This document shows positions 27,817-37,445 of a stretch of 64,000 nucleotides of DNA, piece after piece (position 1 is the first letter of the stretch; every line of letters starts with the position of its first letter). The notes under the pieces were generated by a model, which did not search any database, was not told the DNA's origin, and saw only the letters and a program-made list of their open reading frames with translations. A program made the position numbers and the translations under genes. The DNA comes from Gammaproteobacteria bacterium. GTDB lineage: Bacteria; Pseudomonadota; Gammaproteobacteria; G965209235. The stretch covers positions 943,010-1,007,009 of the forward strand of contig OZ242382.1 in NCBI GenBank assembly GCA_965209235.1, read 5' to 3'.

Positions 27817-28650
27817 ATGCGAGCGGCAGCTCGTTGCGTGAAATCTCAGCGCCCTCAAGGGGATCCCGTCTTTTTACGCCGAATCGCGTTTGGGCGTGGA
27901 TACGTGACTGGCGGGGCGCTTAAGCGGCACGACGTGGTCTTTGTGACACCCTTCAAGTGCGGGAAGACGGCGTTAGGGGCTTTGGCTCTTCGTCTCAACG
28001 ATCACATCTTGGAGCGGGCTCCCAAGAACCCTCATGTCACGACGGATCTCCCGCGTAGTCGCTCGGAGCTCATCAGCGAGCGGCAAATCCTGCATGGCGA
28101 ATTGGAAGGCAAGCACGTCATCGCGATTGTGCGGTGCCCTTGGCGGCGATTTGCGTCCATGTACCGGTATCTCCAGAAGCAGTTTCAGATGGTGCCGGAT
28201 ACCGAGACGCATGTGCCGCGGGAATCAGCACCCATGGCGTTTTCCTCAGAGGTTGTCGGGCAGTTTGGGCGACGTGGGTTTCACGCGATGTCGTTTTCGG
28301 AATTTGCACATTTCGTCAATGACATTCCGCTGTCGCGGTTGGACAAGCATTGGGCCCCTCAGGCGCATTTATTGGGTGCCAGCCCCATTCACACGATCTA
28401 CCGACTAGAAGATCTGCGCAGCCAGGTGGCAGCGTTTCAGCGCGAGGTTGATCACGTGGTGCCCGGCAACGAACTAGATGTGTCGCCTTTCCTGTTGAGA
28501 GATGTGAATGCGACTGTCAGAACACCGGCAACAGGAAAGATGCCTCGTGAGACGCGCGAGCTGTATGAGGCACATCCAGATGTCAAGGACATTGTTGCGA
28601 AAAAGTACGCGGATGATATTCGGCTTTTCCGCTACGCTGACCCTTTCTAA
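27817..28650 (+). CDS. sulfotransferase family 2-like protein
   Basis: 'VVFVTPFKCGKTAL' (PAPS 5'-phosphosulfate loop-like, compare FxHIPKxGGTS), 'VRCPWRRFASMY' and 'DKHWAPQ' match my memory of Sulfotransfer_2 motifs. The start is uncertain (ATG 27652 is also in frame). Confidence 0.55.
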   Translation: MRAAARCVKSQRPQGDPVFLRRIAFGRGYVTGGALKRHDVVFVTPFKCGKTALGALALRLNDHILERAPKNPHVTTDLPRSRSELISERQILHGELEGKHVIAIVRCPWRRFASMYRYLQKQFQMVPDTETHVPRESAPMAFSSEVVGQFGRRGFHAMSFSEFAHFVNDIPLSRLDKHWAPQAHLLGASPIHTIYRLEDLRSQVAAFQREVDHVVPGNELDVSPFLLRDVNATVRTPATGKMPRETRELYEAHPDVKDIVAKKYADDIRLFRYADPF

Positions 28651-28665
28651 AACGCGTGTGACCGC

Positions 28666-29964
28666 ATGAACTCAGACATCAAAGCGGATATCCAAGTGTG
28701 GATGGTGCGCGTGACGGGAAGGGATCGTCAAGGCGTGACGGCCGCCGTCTTGGCTGCGATTGCCAGATTGGACGGTGAGGTCTTGGATCTCGGACAAAGT
28801 GTCAATCACGACACCTTGTCCTTGGCCGTGCAATTCGCGACGACTGGATCAGAGATTGACCAGCCCGAGGTTGCGCGAGCGTTTATCCCAATTGAGCAGG
28901 ATCTTGGCGTCGAGGCGCTTGTTCAATCCATTACGCAAGGCGACTATCATGCGTGGGTCGATTATGGACTGACATCGCGGCTGGTCGTGACCTGCCTGGC
29001 ACGCGCCGATGCCCGTGGTGCAAGGTTGACAGCGATCACCGAAGCCCTCGCCGAGATGAATCTCAATATCGATGGGATTACGCGGCTGTCTCCACGGCTA
29101 TCCCTTCTTGATCTACAGGCTGATCGACAGCGAGACGAGTCCTCATCTGCGAAATTGACACTGGCGTTTGAATTTCGCGTGCGAGGCGCGGTGAGCGAAG
29201 AGGACGTGAGGAAACGGCTATACCGCGTGGGCCGTGATGTCGCCTGTGATATCGCCGTTCAACGAGAGGAGCATCAGCGGTTGCGCCGATCGCTGATTGC
29301 GTTTGATATGGATGCGACGTTGGTTCCGATTGAAACGATTGACGAGATGGCTCGGATCCACGGGTGTGGGGATGAGGTTGCGGACATCACGCGCCAAGCC
29401 ATGGCTGGCGAATTGGACTACGAACAGTCTCTTCGTCGGCGGGTGCAAACATTGAAAGGCATGCCTGCGAGTGTGGCGACTGAACTCGGCCAATCTCTCA
29501 CCTTGACCCATGGCGCCGAAACGTTGCTGTGCGTCTTAAAAGCCCGAGGGTGGCGAGTGGTGGTCATTTCGGGGGGATTCACCCAAGTGATTGAGCCGAT
29601 TGCAAAGAAGTTCGGCATTGACGCGATCTTCGCCAACCAATTTGAAGTGGGATCGGATGGACGGTTGACGGGCCGCGTGGTGGAGCCGGTCATCAACCGC
29701 GCCGCAAAGGCCAACTGTTTGAGAGAGGCCTTGCAGAAACATGATGGGCTGGCGCTGCGAGATGTCGTGGCCGTTGGAGATGGTGCGAATGACATCGATA
29801 TGTTGCTAGCAGCCGGCCTTGGCATCGCGTTTCACGCGAAACCAGCCGTCCGCGATGCTGTCGCTCAAGGACTAGAACAGTCGGGTCTTGATGCTATTCT
29901 GTATCTCTTGGGGCTGCGCCACCGGGATGTCGTTGCGGCCTTGGCGTCGAGCGGACAAGAGTGA
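28666..29964 (+). CDS. serB: phosphoserine phosphatase SerB with N-terminal ACT-like domains
   Basis: The HAD motifs 'IAFDMDATL', 'VISGGF' and 'AVGDGANDIDML' follow about 200 aa of tandem ACT-like regulatory sequence. Confidence 0.9.
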   Translation: MNSDIKADIQVWMVRVTGRDRQGVTAAVLAAIARLDGEVLDLGQSVNHDTLSLAVQFATTGSEIDQPEVARAFIPIEQDLGVEALVQSITQGDYHAWVDYGLTSRLVVTCLARADARGARLTAITEALAEMNLNIDGITRLSPRLSLLDLQADRQRDESSSAKLTLAFEFRVRGAVSEEDVRKRLYRVGRDVACDIAVQREEHQRLRRSLIAFDMDATLVPIETIDEMARIHGCGDEVADITRQAMAGELDYEQSLRRRVQTLKGMPASVATELGQSLTLTHGAETLLCVLKARGWRVVVISGGFTQVIEPIAKKFGIDAIFANQFEVGSDGRLTGRVVEPVINRAAKANCLREALQKHDGLALRDVVAVGDGANDIDMLLAAGLGIAFHAKPAVRDAVAQGLEQSGLDAILYLLGLRHRDVVAALASSGQE

Positions 29965-30935
29965 CTGAGGCGAGGTGGCAGACAGAGCTGGCGCGCTCAT
30001 TTCGGTCCTCTCAAGAACTCTGTCATGCTCTGAACATTGATCATGGGGCATGCGTGATCGAGGATGAGAAAGATTTTCCGATCTTAGTGCCGCGTCCATT
30101 TGCTGCGCAAATGACGCCTGGCGATCCCAAGGACCCTCTTTTGAGACAGGTGCTCTCTGTGGCGAATCCTTTCTCGCCAATTTCCCAATTTACGGAAATA
30201 GATCCGCTTGAAGAGCAACGTTATATCGTTGCACATGGCATCGTAAAAAAATACAAGTGGCGGGCATTGCTGCATGTGATCGATGGATGTGCTGTCAATT
30301 GCCGGTACTGCTTTCGGCGGCACCATGTGCTGCCATCTTTGGGCGTCGACCGGCGGCGAGCGTTCGCAACGTTACGTGACCAACATCCCGACGTGCGCGA
30401 AGTCATTTTGTCGGGCGGCGATCCGTGGCTTCTCAACGATCAGGCGCTTGCTCGCTTGCTGAAGGATATTCAAGAAGAGCTGCCGGATGCCCGCATTCGC
30501 TTTCATACCCGGTTACCGATCGTCTTGCCGCAACGCGTCACCTCGGACTTGCTGCGGATGATGAGCGAGCTCAAGCGATGCGTGGTTGTCGTGCACGTCA
30601 ATCACGCCCGTGAAATCTCTCCCGAGGTGTCTGAAGCGCTTCATGCGATGTCGCGAGTCGCGACCGTGCTCAGTCAATCGGTCATGTTGCGCGGCGTTAA
30701 CAACGATCCTGAAGTTTTGGCTGATTTGTCGGTCGCGTTGTTTGATGCGGGGGTCATGCCGTACTACCTGCACGTACTCGATCCGGTGGCGGGTGCAGAG
30801 GACTACGCCGTTGCTGAAACCTCCGCTCGTGAGATACATGAGGAGTTGAAGGGGCGGTTAGCGGGATATTTGGTGCCGAAGTTGGTCAAAGAACAGTCAG
30901 GGTGCGTGAGCAAGACATGGCTAGGGACCGCGTAG
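29961..30935 (+). CDS. epmB: EF-P beta-lysylation protein EpmB (lysine 2,3-aminomutase-like radical SAM)
   Basis: It has the radical SAM cluster 'CAVNCRYCFRR', 'ILSGGDP' and 'YYLHVLD'. Its start overlaps the serB stop. Confidence 0.9.
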   Translation: MTEARWQTELARSFRSSQELCHALNIDHGACVIEDEKDFPILVPRPFAAQMTPGDPKDPLLRQVLSVANPFSPISQFTEIDPLEEQRYIVAHGIVKKYKWRALLHVIDGCAVNCRYCFRRHHVLPSLGVDRRRAFATLRDQHPDVREVILSGGDPWLLNDQALARLLKDIQEELPDARIRFHTRLPIVLPQRVTSDLLRMMSELKRCVVVVHVNHAREISPEVSEALHAMSRVATVLSQSVMLRGVNNDPEVLADLSVALFDAGVMPYYLHVLDPVAGAEDYAVAETSAREIHEELKGRLAGYLVPKLVKEQSGCVSKTWLGTA

Positions 30936-31006
30936 ATCTCATCGCGCCACGTCTTGAAACCGGTCAATTTGGACTTACGACTCTGAATAGTGATCGGGAG
31001 GCAAAT

Positions 31007-31573
31007 ATGGAAGTACGCGGAACAACGATTCTGGCGGTTCGCCGGGGTGGCGTTGTAGCCATGGGCGGCGACGGGCAGGTGACGCTCGGACAGAGCATGG
31101 TCATCAAAGGCACGGCGCGCAAGATCCGCCGTATCGGTCGTGGCGAGGTCCTGACTGGCATTGCCGGGAGCACAGCGGACGCGTTTGCGTTGCTGGAAAC
31201 GTTTGAGCGGATTCACGATCGCTTTCGCAGCGATCTTCGTCGCTCGGCGATTGAGTTTTCCAAACAATGGCGTCGCGACCGGTTTCTACGTCGCTTGGAC
31301 GCGGCGATGTTGGTGGCAGACGTGACTGCGCAATTCATGATCATGGGGTCAGGCGACGTGCTCTCCCCCGATCACGATGTGGTGGCCATCGGTTCTGGTG
31401 CGCCTTTCGCTTTATCGGCGGCGCGTGCGCTGCGAGAACATACGGAGATGGCGCCGGTGGATATCGTGCAAAAGTCGATGAGCATCGCGGCGGATAGTTG
31501 CGTGTTCACCAACCACAACATCGCCATCGAAGAACTGAATGGCCCGCAACTCGTTACAGGTGAAGGCAATTGA
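31007..31573 (+). CDS. hslV: ATP-dependent protease subunit HslV
   Basis: ATG 31007 is preceded by GGGAGG. 'GTTILAVRRGGVVAMGGDGQVTLG' contains the N-terminal nucleophile Thr region. Confidence 0.95.
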   Translation: MEVRGTTILAVRRGGVVAMGGDGQVTLGQSMVIKGTARKIRRIGRGEVLTGIAGSTADAFALLETFERIHDRFRSDLRRSAIEFSKQWRRDRFLRRLDAAMLVADVTAQFMIMGSGDVLSPDHDVVAIGSGAPFALSAARALREHTEMAPVDIVQKSMSIAADSCVFTNHNIAIEELNGPQLVTGEGN

Positions 31574-32883
31574 TCAACGAAACACTGACTCCCAGAGCGA
31601 CCGTTGCGGAACTGGATCGTCACATCATCGGACAACGCGATGCTAAGCGCGCGATTGCGATTGCTTTACGCAACCGCTGGCGACGCAAGCAACTAGGCGG
31701 CGCGATGCAAAGCGAGGTCGTTCCCAAAAACATCTTGATGATTGGACCGACGGGCGTGGGAAAAACGGAGGTTGCGCGACGCGTCGCGCAGCTCACGGAC
31801 GCTCCCTTTATCAAGGTGGATGCTACGAAATTCACCGAGGTTGGGTATGTCGGACGCGACGTAGAAACGATCATGCGCGACTTGGCTGAGTCGGCGCTTC
31901 GCATCGTCAATGACCGCAAAGTTGAGGAGTCAAAGGGTGACATCGAAACCCGCGTTCGCGAGAAGTTAATTGATCGGCTATCGCCTGCCACGGTGGGACG
32001 AGACACCAAACTCGACGCCGATCGGAGTGCGATTGCCAAGCGATTGGATGCCGGAGATCTCGATAACGAGATGATCGAAGTGCCTCGCGGCGACATTTCC
32101 GGCGGGTCAGATGACTCCGCACAGTCCATCGAGGAAGTGAGCAAGCGATTGAGCTCCATGATCCGTTCGATTGGCGATCGAGATAAGTTGGAAAAAGTGA
32201 CCGTTGAAGAAGCACGTCGTCGTCTGCGCAGCAGCGAGTTTCGCGCGTTGACGGATATGAACGCCATGCGCGAAGAAGCGGTGGCGTTGGCTGAGAATGA
32301 AGGCATCGTGTTCATCGACGAGATCGACAAGATATGCGCGCGAGATGGCATGGTGGGCGGTGAAATTAGCCGTGAAGGGGTGCAACGCGATCTGCTCCCC
32401 ATCATCGAAGGGACCACGGTTAAGACGCGAGCGGGCCCGGTGAATAGTCACCATGTGCTGTTTGTGTGCGCGGGCGCATTTCACACCACCCAACCGTCTG
32501 ATTTGTTGCCAGAACTGCAAGGCCGCTTGCCGGTGCGCGTCGAACTCGAAGAGTTGAGCGCGCAAGACATGTCACGTATCCTCAACGAGCCTGAGTTTTC
32601 GTTGGTCAAGCAGTACGTGGCGTTGTTGAGGACGGATGGCGTCGACCTGACGTTTACGCCTGATGGCGTGCACGCCATTTCCAGCTTTGCGCACAACGAA
32701 AATGTAATGGGCGACAACATCGGCGCGCGACGGTTGCATACCGTGATGGAGCGTTTATTGGACGAGACATCATTCGAGGCCGATGGGTCGACCCCGATTA
32801 AGGTCGTGATCGATGAAGCATTTTGTAAAGTCCGCCTGAGCGCCGATGTGGCTTCGGGAGAAGGTCGTAGCTACATCTTGTGA
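31570..32883 (+). CDS. hslU: ATP-dependent protease ATPase subunit HslU
   Basis: 'TPRATVAELDRHIIGQRDAKRAIAIALRNRWRR', Walker A 'GPTGVGKTE' and 'GIVFIDEIDKI' support the call. It is coupled to hslV. Confidence 0.95.
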   Translation: MINETLTPRATVAELDRHIIGQRDAKRAIAIALRNRWRRKQLGGAMQSEVVPKNILMIGPTGVGKTEVARRVAQLTDAPFIKVDATKFTEVGYVGRDVETIMRDLAESALRIVNDRKVEESKGDIETRVREKLIDRLSPATVGRDTKLDADRSAIAKRLDAGDLDNEMIEVPRGDISGGSDDSAQSIEEVSKRLSSMIRSIGDRDKLEKVTVEEARRRLRSSEFRALTDMNAMREEAVALAENEGIVFIDEIDKICARDGMVGGEISREGVQRDLLPIIEGTTVKTRAGPVNSHHVLFVCAGAFHTTQPSDLLPELQGRLPVRVELEELSAQDMSRILNEPEFSLVKQYVALLRTDGVDLTFTPDGVHAISSFAHNENVMGDNIGARRLHTVMERLLDETSFEADGSTPIKVVIDEAFCKVRLSADVASGEGRSYIL

Positions 32884-33565
32884 TCGGCAGCATGCTGCGC
32901 GTGCTCGCACTCAGGCTTTTCTGAACGATGTTGACGCCGTCGCGGCGGCTGGGCAGGCACCGGTTGTCGTCGCTGCTGTAAAAACGATGCCGGCCAGTGA
33001 TGTCGCTGGTATCGTGCAAGGAGGCATTCGGCATCTGGCGGAAAACGCGATTCCGTTTGATGATTCCCGCCGGGAAGCCGGCGGAGAGGCAGCGTGCTGG
33101 CACTACATTGGGCGCCTGCAAGGACGAAAGTGCCGCGCTGTTGCAACGGCCTGTTCGTGGGTGCAGTCGCTAGATGCCCACAGGCATGCGGCGCGCTTGT
33201 CACGATATATCGATGAAGCCGAGCGCCCCTCGATTCAGTCGCTGTTGCAGTTAAACCTGACCGACGATCTCGCTCGCGCTGGCGTGCGCACCACTGATGA
33301 TCTGCTGATGTTGGCTGAGCGGGTCACACGCGAGCCTGGCGTCACGATCCGAGGATTGATGGCGATGGCCCCAGCTGGGTTGACTGATGACGATATTGGC
33401 CGCGCCTTTGCGCGCGCTCGCGCTGCATTCGAGAGACTGCGCAGGGAACTTGGAGGGTCATTTGACACTCTCTCTATGGGGATGTCTCAGGATTGGCGCG
33501 TGGCAATTCGAGAAGGTGCGACGATGATTCGCATTGGATCAGTGCTACGGCAGACCAGCGCATGA
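32846..33565 (+). CDS. yggS: YggS family pyridoxal phosphate homeostasis protein
   Basis: 'VVAAVKTMP' (PLP Lys), 'HYIGRLQ', 'LSMGMSQDW..AI..GATMIRIGS' and yggS-proC-yggT synteny support the call. The ATG 32846 start overlaps the hslU 3' end by 38 nt. Confidence 0.85.
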   Translation: MWLREKVVATSCDRQHAARARTQAFLNDVDAVAAAGQAPVVVAAVKTMPASDVAGIVQGGIRHLAENAIPFDDSRREAGGEAACWHYIGRLQGRKCRAVATACSWVQSLDAHRHAARLSRYIDEAERPSIQSLLQLNLTDDLARAGVRTTDDLLMLAERVTREPGVTIRGLMAMAPAGLTDDDIGRAFARARAAFERLRRELGGSFDTLSMGMSQDWRVAIREGATMIRIGSVLRQTSA

Positions 33566-34350
33566 GTCTCAGCGTGGGGATGATTGGTTGCGGGCATATG
33601 GGCCGCGCGATGGCAGTGGGAATGAGTGACTCGCCGTTGATCGCGCGCGTGCTTGCACTGACGGGACCATCTGGGCGCCGCACGGCGATTTCCGGGGTAG
33701 ACTGGACGGATGACAAAGCCGATCTCAGCACGTGCGATGTCGTTATTTGTGCGGTGAAACCCACGGAGTGGCGACCCGCTTTGGAAGGCGTGCCAACGGG
33801 CCCATTGCTGATCTCAGTGATGGCCGGCATTGCCATTGCGGACTTGTCGGCTGCCACAACATCGCCGGTGGTGCGCGCGATGCCTAATCTCGGATCGGCG
33901 CAGCGCCGTTCAGCGACGGGGTGTTTCGCTGATGCGGCCGTACCGCATGACATCCGACAACGCGCCGAGATGTGCATGTCAGCCATCGGACGAGTGGCGT
34001 GGGTGGATACGGAGGACGCAATCAACGCCTGGACCGCTGTTTTCGGCAGCGGAATTGGGACAGTCGCGCGACTGGGGGTGGCGTTATCGAACGCCGCTGC
34101 AGATCTCCTGAACCTTGATGCCACCGTAGCGCAGACAATGATGAGCGAACAATTGCAGGTTGTGGGAACACTGAGTGCCGAATCTGGCGCTTCTCGGCCG
34201 CTTGAGGCACTTGTAGGACAAGTTTGTAGCCCCCGTGGCACGACAGAAGCTGCATTACGTTCCTTGGAACATGACCACATTGATGAAACACTGTTGCGCG
34301 CAGCGAAGCGCGCCCATAACCGTGCGGACGAAATTAGGAACCAACATTGA
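33562..34350 (+). CDS. proC: pyrroline-5-carboxylate reductase
   Basis: 'VGMIGCGHMGRAMA' (NADP site), 'AVKP' and 'CSPRGTTEAAL' support the call. ATG 33562 overlaps the yggS stop (ATGA). Confidence 0.9.
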   Translation: MSLSVGMIGCGHMGRAMAVGMSDSPLIARVLALTGPSGRRTAISGVDWTDDKADLSTCDVVICAVKPTEWRPALEGVPTGPLLISVMAGIAIADLSAATTSPVVRAMPNLGSAQRRSATGCFADAAVPHDIRQRAEMCMSAIGRVAWVDTEDAINAWTAVFGSGIGTVARLGVALSNAAADLLNLDATVAQTMMSEQLQVVGTLSAESGASRPLEALVGQVCSPRGTTEAALRSLEHDHIDETLLRAAKRAHNRADEIRNQH

Positions 34351-34940
34351 CCGATATTGACCTGAGGTTGATTGAGTGGGGTGTGAAGTTGTATGGCTAC
34401 GTACTCGTCACCGTCTGGCTTGCAAGGGTGGTACGTGCCGACTATCACAACCCCATCGTGAGAGTGCTTTTGACAGTCACGGAACCCATCGTGCGACCGA
34501 TACGCCGGATGATTCCGCTCCGCATGACGGTCGACGTTGCTGGGATCGCTGTCTATGTGTTGCTTGTGTCAGTGACGCTTCATGCTGTGGCGAATATGGC
34601 GGACGTCGAGGCGCCGGGGCATATCGTTGTGGTTGGTGCGGCTGCCGCTCACTTTGTGTCGACGCTGTGTACGGTGTTGACGATTGCCATTCTCGTGAAC
34701 GTTCTCAGCAGTTGGTTTCCTCAGGCCTATCACCATCCCATCGGATCGTTGGCGCGTCAGTTGGGAATCCCGGTGTTGGCGCCGTTGCAGCGCGTCATTC
34801 CCCCGCTGGGCCCGCTGGACATCTCGCCAATCGTTGGGTTGTTCAGCTTGTCTTTGCTCGACGGATGGGTCGGCGAGGGTCTGCTGCATCGCTTGTTAGC
34901 CGATTGGTCGCTGACACGTGCGCTGTCAGTGCTTTTGTGA
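34347..34940 (+). CDS. yggT: YggT family membrane protein
   Basis: It is a four-TM protein with duplicated YGGT-like halves ('PIVRVLLTVTEPIVRPIRRMIP', 'LARQLGIPVLAPLQRVIPP.GPLDISP'). It follows proC. Confidence 0.8.
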   Translation: MTDIDLRLIEWGVKLYGYVLVTVWLARVVRADYHNPIVRVLLTVTEPIVRPIRRMIPLRMTVDVAGIAVYVLLVSVTLHAVANMADVEAPGHIVVVGAAAAHFVSTLCTVLTIAILVNVLSSWFPQAYHHPIGSLARQLGIPVLAPLQRVIPPLGPLDISPIVGLFSLSLLDGWVGEGLLHRLLADWSLTRALSVLL

Positions 34941-35020
34941 GCCGTGCTGACTAACGCTGCGCCTATAATCGCCGCGCTCGCCTCATTGACTTTCGTTCGG
35001 CACTTGAAGAGTTCGGCTCG

Positions 35021-36412
35021 ATGAGTCGGAAGCTGTTCATCCACACTTGGGGGTGCCAGATGAACGAGTACGATTCCCAGAGGCTCAGCGAAACCCTCGG
35101 TCAAACGCACGATCTGACGCGCGTCGATGACCCTGAGGACGCCGACGTCATCCTTCTCAATACGTGCGCGATTCGTGAGCGCGCTACGGAAAAGATGTAC
35201 TCGGAATTGGGCCGCTACCGGCGCCTCAAGGACCGAAACCCTGACCTTGTCATTGGTGTTGGTGGCTGCGTCGCGACGCATGAAGGGAAGGGGCTCGAAA
35301 AGCGTTCGGATTTGGTGGATCTAGTGTTTGGGCCGCAGAGCATCCATCGTGTTCCCGGGTTGCTGCAGACGGTCGATAGCGATCGGGCTCGCGAGACCAC
35401 GAAGACACGCGGCGTCCGCAAGCGCATGATCGCTTCAGATCTGACGTTTCAGGGCGAAGAGAAATTTGACAGCTTGCCTGTCGAGCCCGGTGTATACGGC
35501 GTCACAGCGTTTGTCTCTATCATGGAAGGGTGCTCGAAGCACTGCACGTTTTGCGTGGTCCCGATGACCCGAGGGCCGGAATTCAGCCGGGCGTATGACG
35601 CGATTCTCAAAGAAATTGATGGCCTTGCGGCTCAAGGCGTCCGGGAAGTCAACTTGCTGGGTCAAAACGTCAACGCGTGGAACGGTCTGTATGGTCGCAC
35701 GCCTGTTGACTTTGGATGGCTGCTAGAGCAAGTGGCGGCGATCGAAGGGATTGCACGCGTGCGATTCACCACATCGCACCCCGTGGATTGCAACGATTCG
35801 TTGTATCGAGCCTTTGAGCGCGTTCCCGAAGTGGCGGGACATCTGCATTTGCCGGTGCAAAGTGGCAGCGATCGCGTTTTGCGGGATATGCGCCGGGGAT
35901 ACACGCGCCAACATTACGAAGATATCCTCGCTTGTCTGAGGGATGCACGTCCAGGTATCACGTTCTCCAGTGATTTCATTGTGGGGTTCCCCGGCGAGAC
36001 AGAAGAGGACTTTTTACAGACCCTCGACCTCGCTCAGACCGTGGGGTATGACCGATCGTTTAGTTTCGGATTTAGTCCCCGTGCCCGGACCGTGGCGGAT
36101 GCCATGAAAGGTCAAGTGCCGCACGAGATTAAGCAGGAGCGACTACAGCGCCTTCAGCGCGTGTTGCGACAGTCTCAGCAGGTGATCGCTCACTCCATGG
36201 TGGGTACGGTCCAAGATGTTCTTGTGACGGATTACTCCAAGCGATCCATAGAGGAGATGCAAGGTCGATCAGAGAACGATCTGGTCGTGACGTTCCCCAA
36301 AGGCGATCCCCAGATCCTGGCAGAGTTTGTGCGGGTGAATGTGACCGAAGCCCTGAACAATAGCCTTCGCGGCGTCTTAGTCTCGGAACCTAGCGGAGGC
36401 CAGGGGCGCTGA
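35021..36412 (+). CDS. miaB: tRNA-2-methylthio-N6-dimethylallyladenosine synthase
   Basis: 'KLFIHTWGCQMNEYDS' (UPF0004 cluster), the radical SAM 'CSKHCTFCVVP' and a TRAM C-terminus support the call. Confidence 0.95.
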   Translation: MSRKLFIHTWGCQMNEYDSQRLSETLGQTHDLTRVDDPEDADVILLNTCAIRERATEKMYSELGRYRRLKDRNPDLVIGVGGCVATHEGKGLEKRSDLVDLVFGPQSIHRVPGLLQTVDSDRARETTKTRGVRKRMIASDLTFQGEEKFDSLPVEPGVYGVTAFVSIMEGCSKHCTFCVVPMTRGPEFSRAYDAILKEIDGLAAQGVREVNLLGQNVNAWNGLYGRTPVDFGWLLEQVAAIEGIARVRFTTSHPVDCNDSLYRAFERVPEVAGHLHLPVQSGSDRVLRDMRRGYTRQHYEDILACLRDARPGITFSSDFIVGFPGETEEDFLQTLDLAQTVGYDRSFSFGFSPRARTVADAMKGQVPHEIKQERLQRLQRVLRQSQQVIAHSMVGTVQDVLVTDYSKRSIEEMQGRSENDLVVTFPKGDPQILAEFVRVNVTEALNNSLRGVLVSEPSGGQGR

Positions 36413-36456
36413 ATACCCATGCAAGGTTCACGCTTGAACCGCTTGATGTCAGTCGA

Positions 36457-37395
36457 TTGGCGGCACTCAGTGGTGCAGGAAGTCGCCATATCAAAGAAAT
36501 TTCACACCGTCTGGAGGTGAGAATTAGCCAAAAGGGTGGCAATTTCCTTGTGCGCGGAGCTCCCGAGCGATCGCAGGCCGCAGAACGTGTGATTACGCAC
36601 TTGTACGAGCGCACTCATGGTGGCCGGTATGTCACGGAAGATGACGTCCATCTGGCTCTCCTTCGCAGTGAGTCCATGGAGGATGACAGCGAGCCTGATC
36701 CCCGAGGGATGAGCGACGGCCGCATGATCAAGACTCCTCGGTTATCACTCAAGCCGCGCGGGGAAAACCAGCAAGATTTTGTGCGATCATTGGCCGCTGA
36801 CACGCTCACCATTGGTGTCGGCCCAGCCGGGACTGGTAAGACGTACCTGGCCGTCGCTTCCGCGGTGGAAGCGCTGGTTAACGAACGGTGCCGCCGGCTT
36901 GTGCTCGTGAGGCCGGCCATTGAGGCGGGTGAGAAGCTCGGTTTCCTGCCGGGTGATATCGCATCCAAAGTCCATCCCTATCTTCGTCCCATCTATGACG
37001 CGCTGTACGAGTTTCTTGGCGTGGACCGGGTGGTTCGGATGATGGACCGCGACAAGATTGAGATTGCACCTCTGGCCTTTATGCGAGGAAGGAGTTTGCG
37101 GGACTGCGTGATGCTGATGGATGAAGCCCAAAACGCAACGATCGATCAGATGAAGATGTTCCTTACGCGCCTGGGACAACACTCCAAGGCCATCGTGGTT
37201 GGCGATCCGCGTCAATGCGACCTCCCGCCAGGTCGGACCAGTGGTCTTGCCCATGCGACACACTTGCTACGGGATGTCAAAGAGGTGGGTGTTGTGCGTT
37301 TCACATCATCCGATGTGGTGCGCCACCCCCTTGTCTCACGAATCATCGACGCGTATGAATCTGCCGACAACGGCAGTCAACCACCACCGCACTGA
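36457..37395 (+). CDS. ybeZ: PhoH-like ATPase YbeZ; the true N-terminus probably lies about 12-16 codons upstream (see finding)
   Basis: 'GVGPAGTGKTYLAVA', 'LVRPAIEAGEKLGFLPGD', 'YLRPIYDAL' and 'FMRGRSL' support the call. The first canonical in-frame start is TTG 36457, but homology continues upstream. Confidence 0.9.
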   Translation: MAALSGAGSRHIKEISHRLEVRISQKGGNFLVRGAPERSQAAERVITHLYERTHGGRYVTEDDVHLALLRSESMEDDSEPDPRGMSDGRMIKTPRLSLKPRGENQQDFVRSLAADTLTIGVGPAGTGKTYLAVASAVEALVNERCRRLVLVRPAIEAGEKLGFLPGDIASKVHPYLRPIYDALYEFLGVDRVVRMMDRDKIEIAPLAFMRGRSLRDCVMLMDEAQNATIDQMKMFLTRLGQHSKAIVVGDPRQCDLPPGRTSGLAHATHLLRDVKEVGVVRFTSSDVVRHPLVSRIIDAYESADNGSQPPPH

Positions 37396-37445
37396 ATTCG
37401 CTGAATACCGTGCATACAGTCGTCACTATCACCACCGAGAATTCC

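Noticed and set aside
31620-32417. A 265-aa ORF antisense to hslU.
   Set aside because: It is Ser/Arg-rich with no motifs, and it lies opposite a canonical HslU. It is a shadow ORF.
33474-34448. A 324-aa ORF on the - strand covering all of proC.
   Set aside because: It lies antisense to a well-supported gene with clear ProC motifs. Its Ala/Ser/Arg/Pro-rich, low-complexity translation is typical of shadow ORFs in GC-rich DNA.
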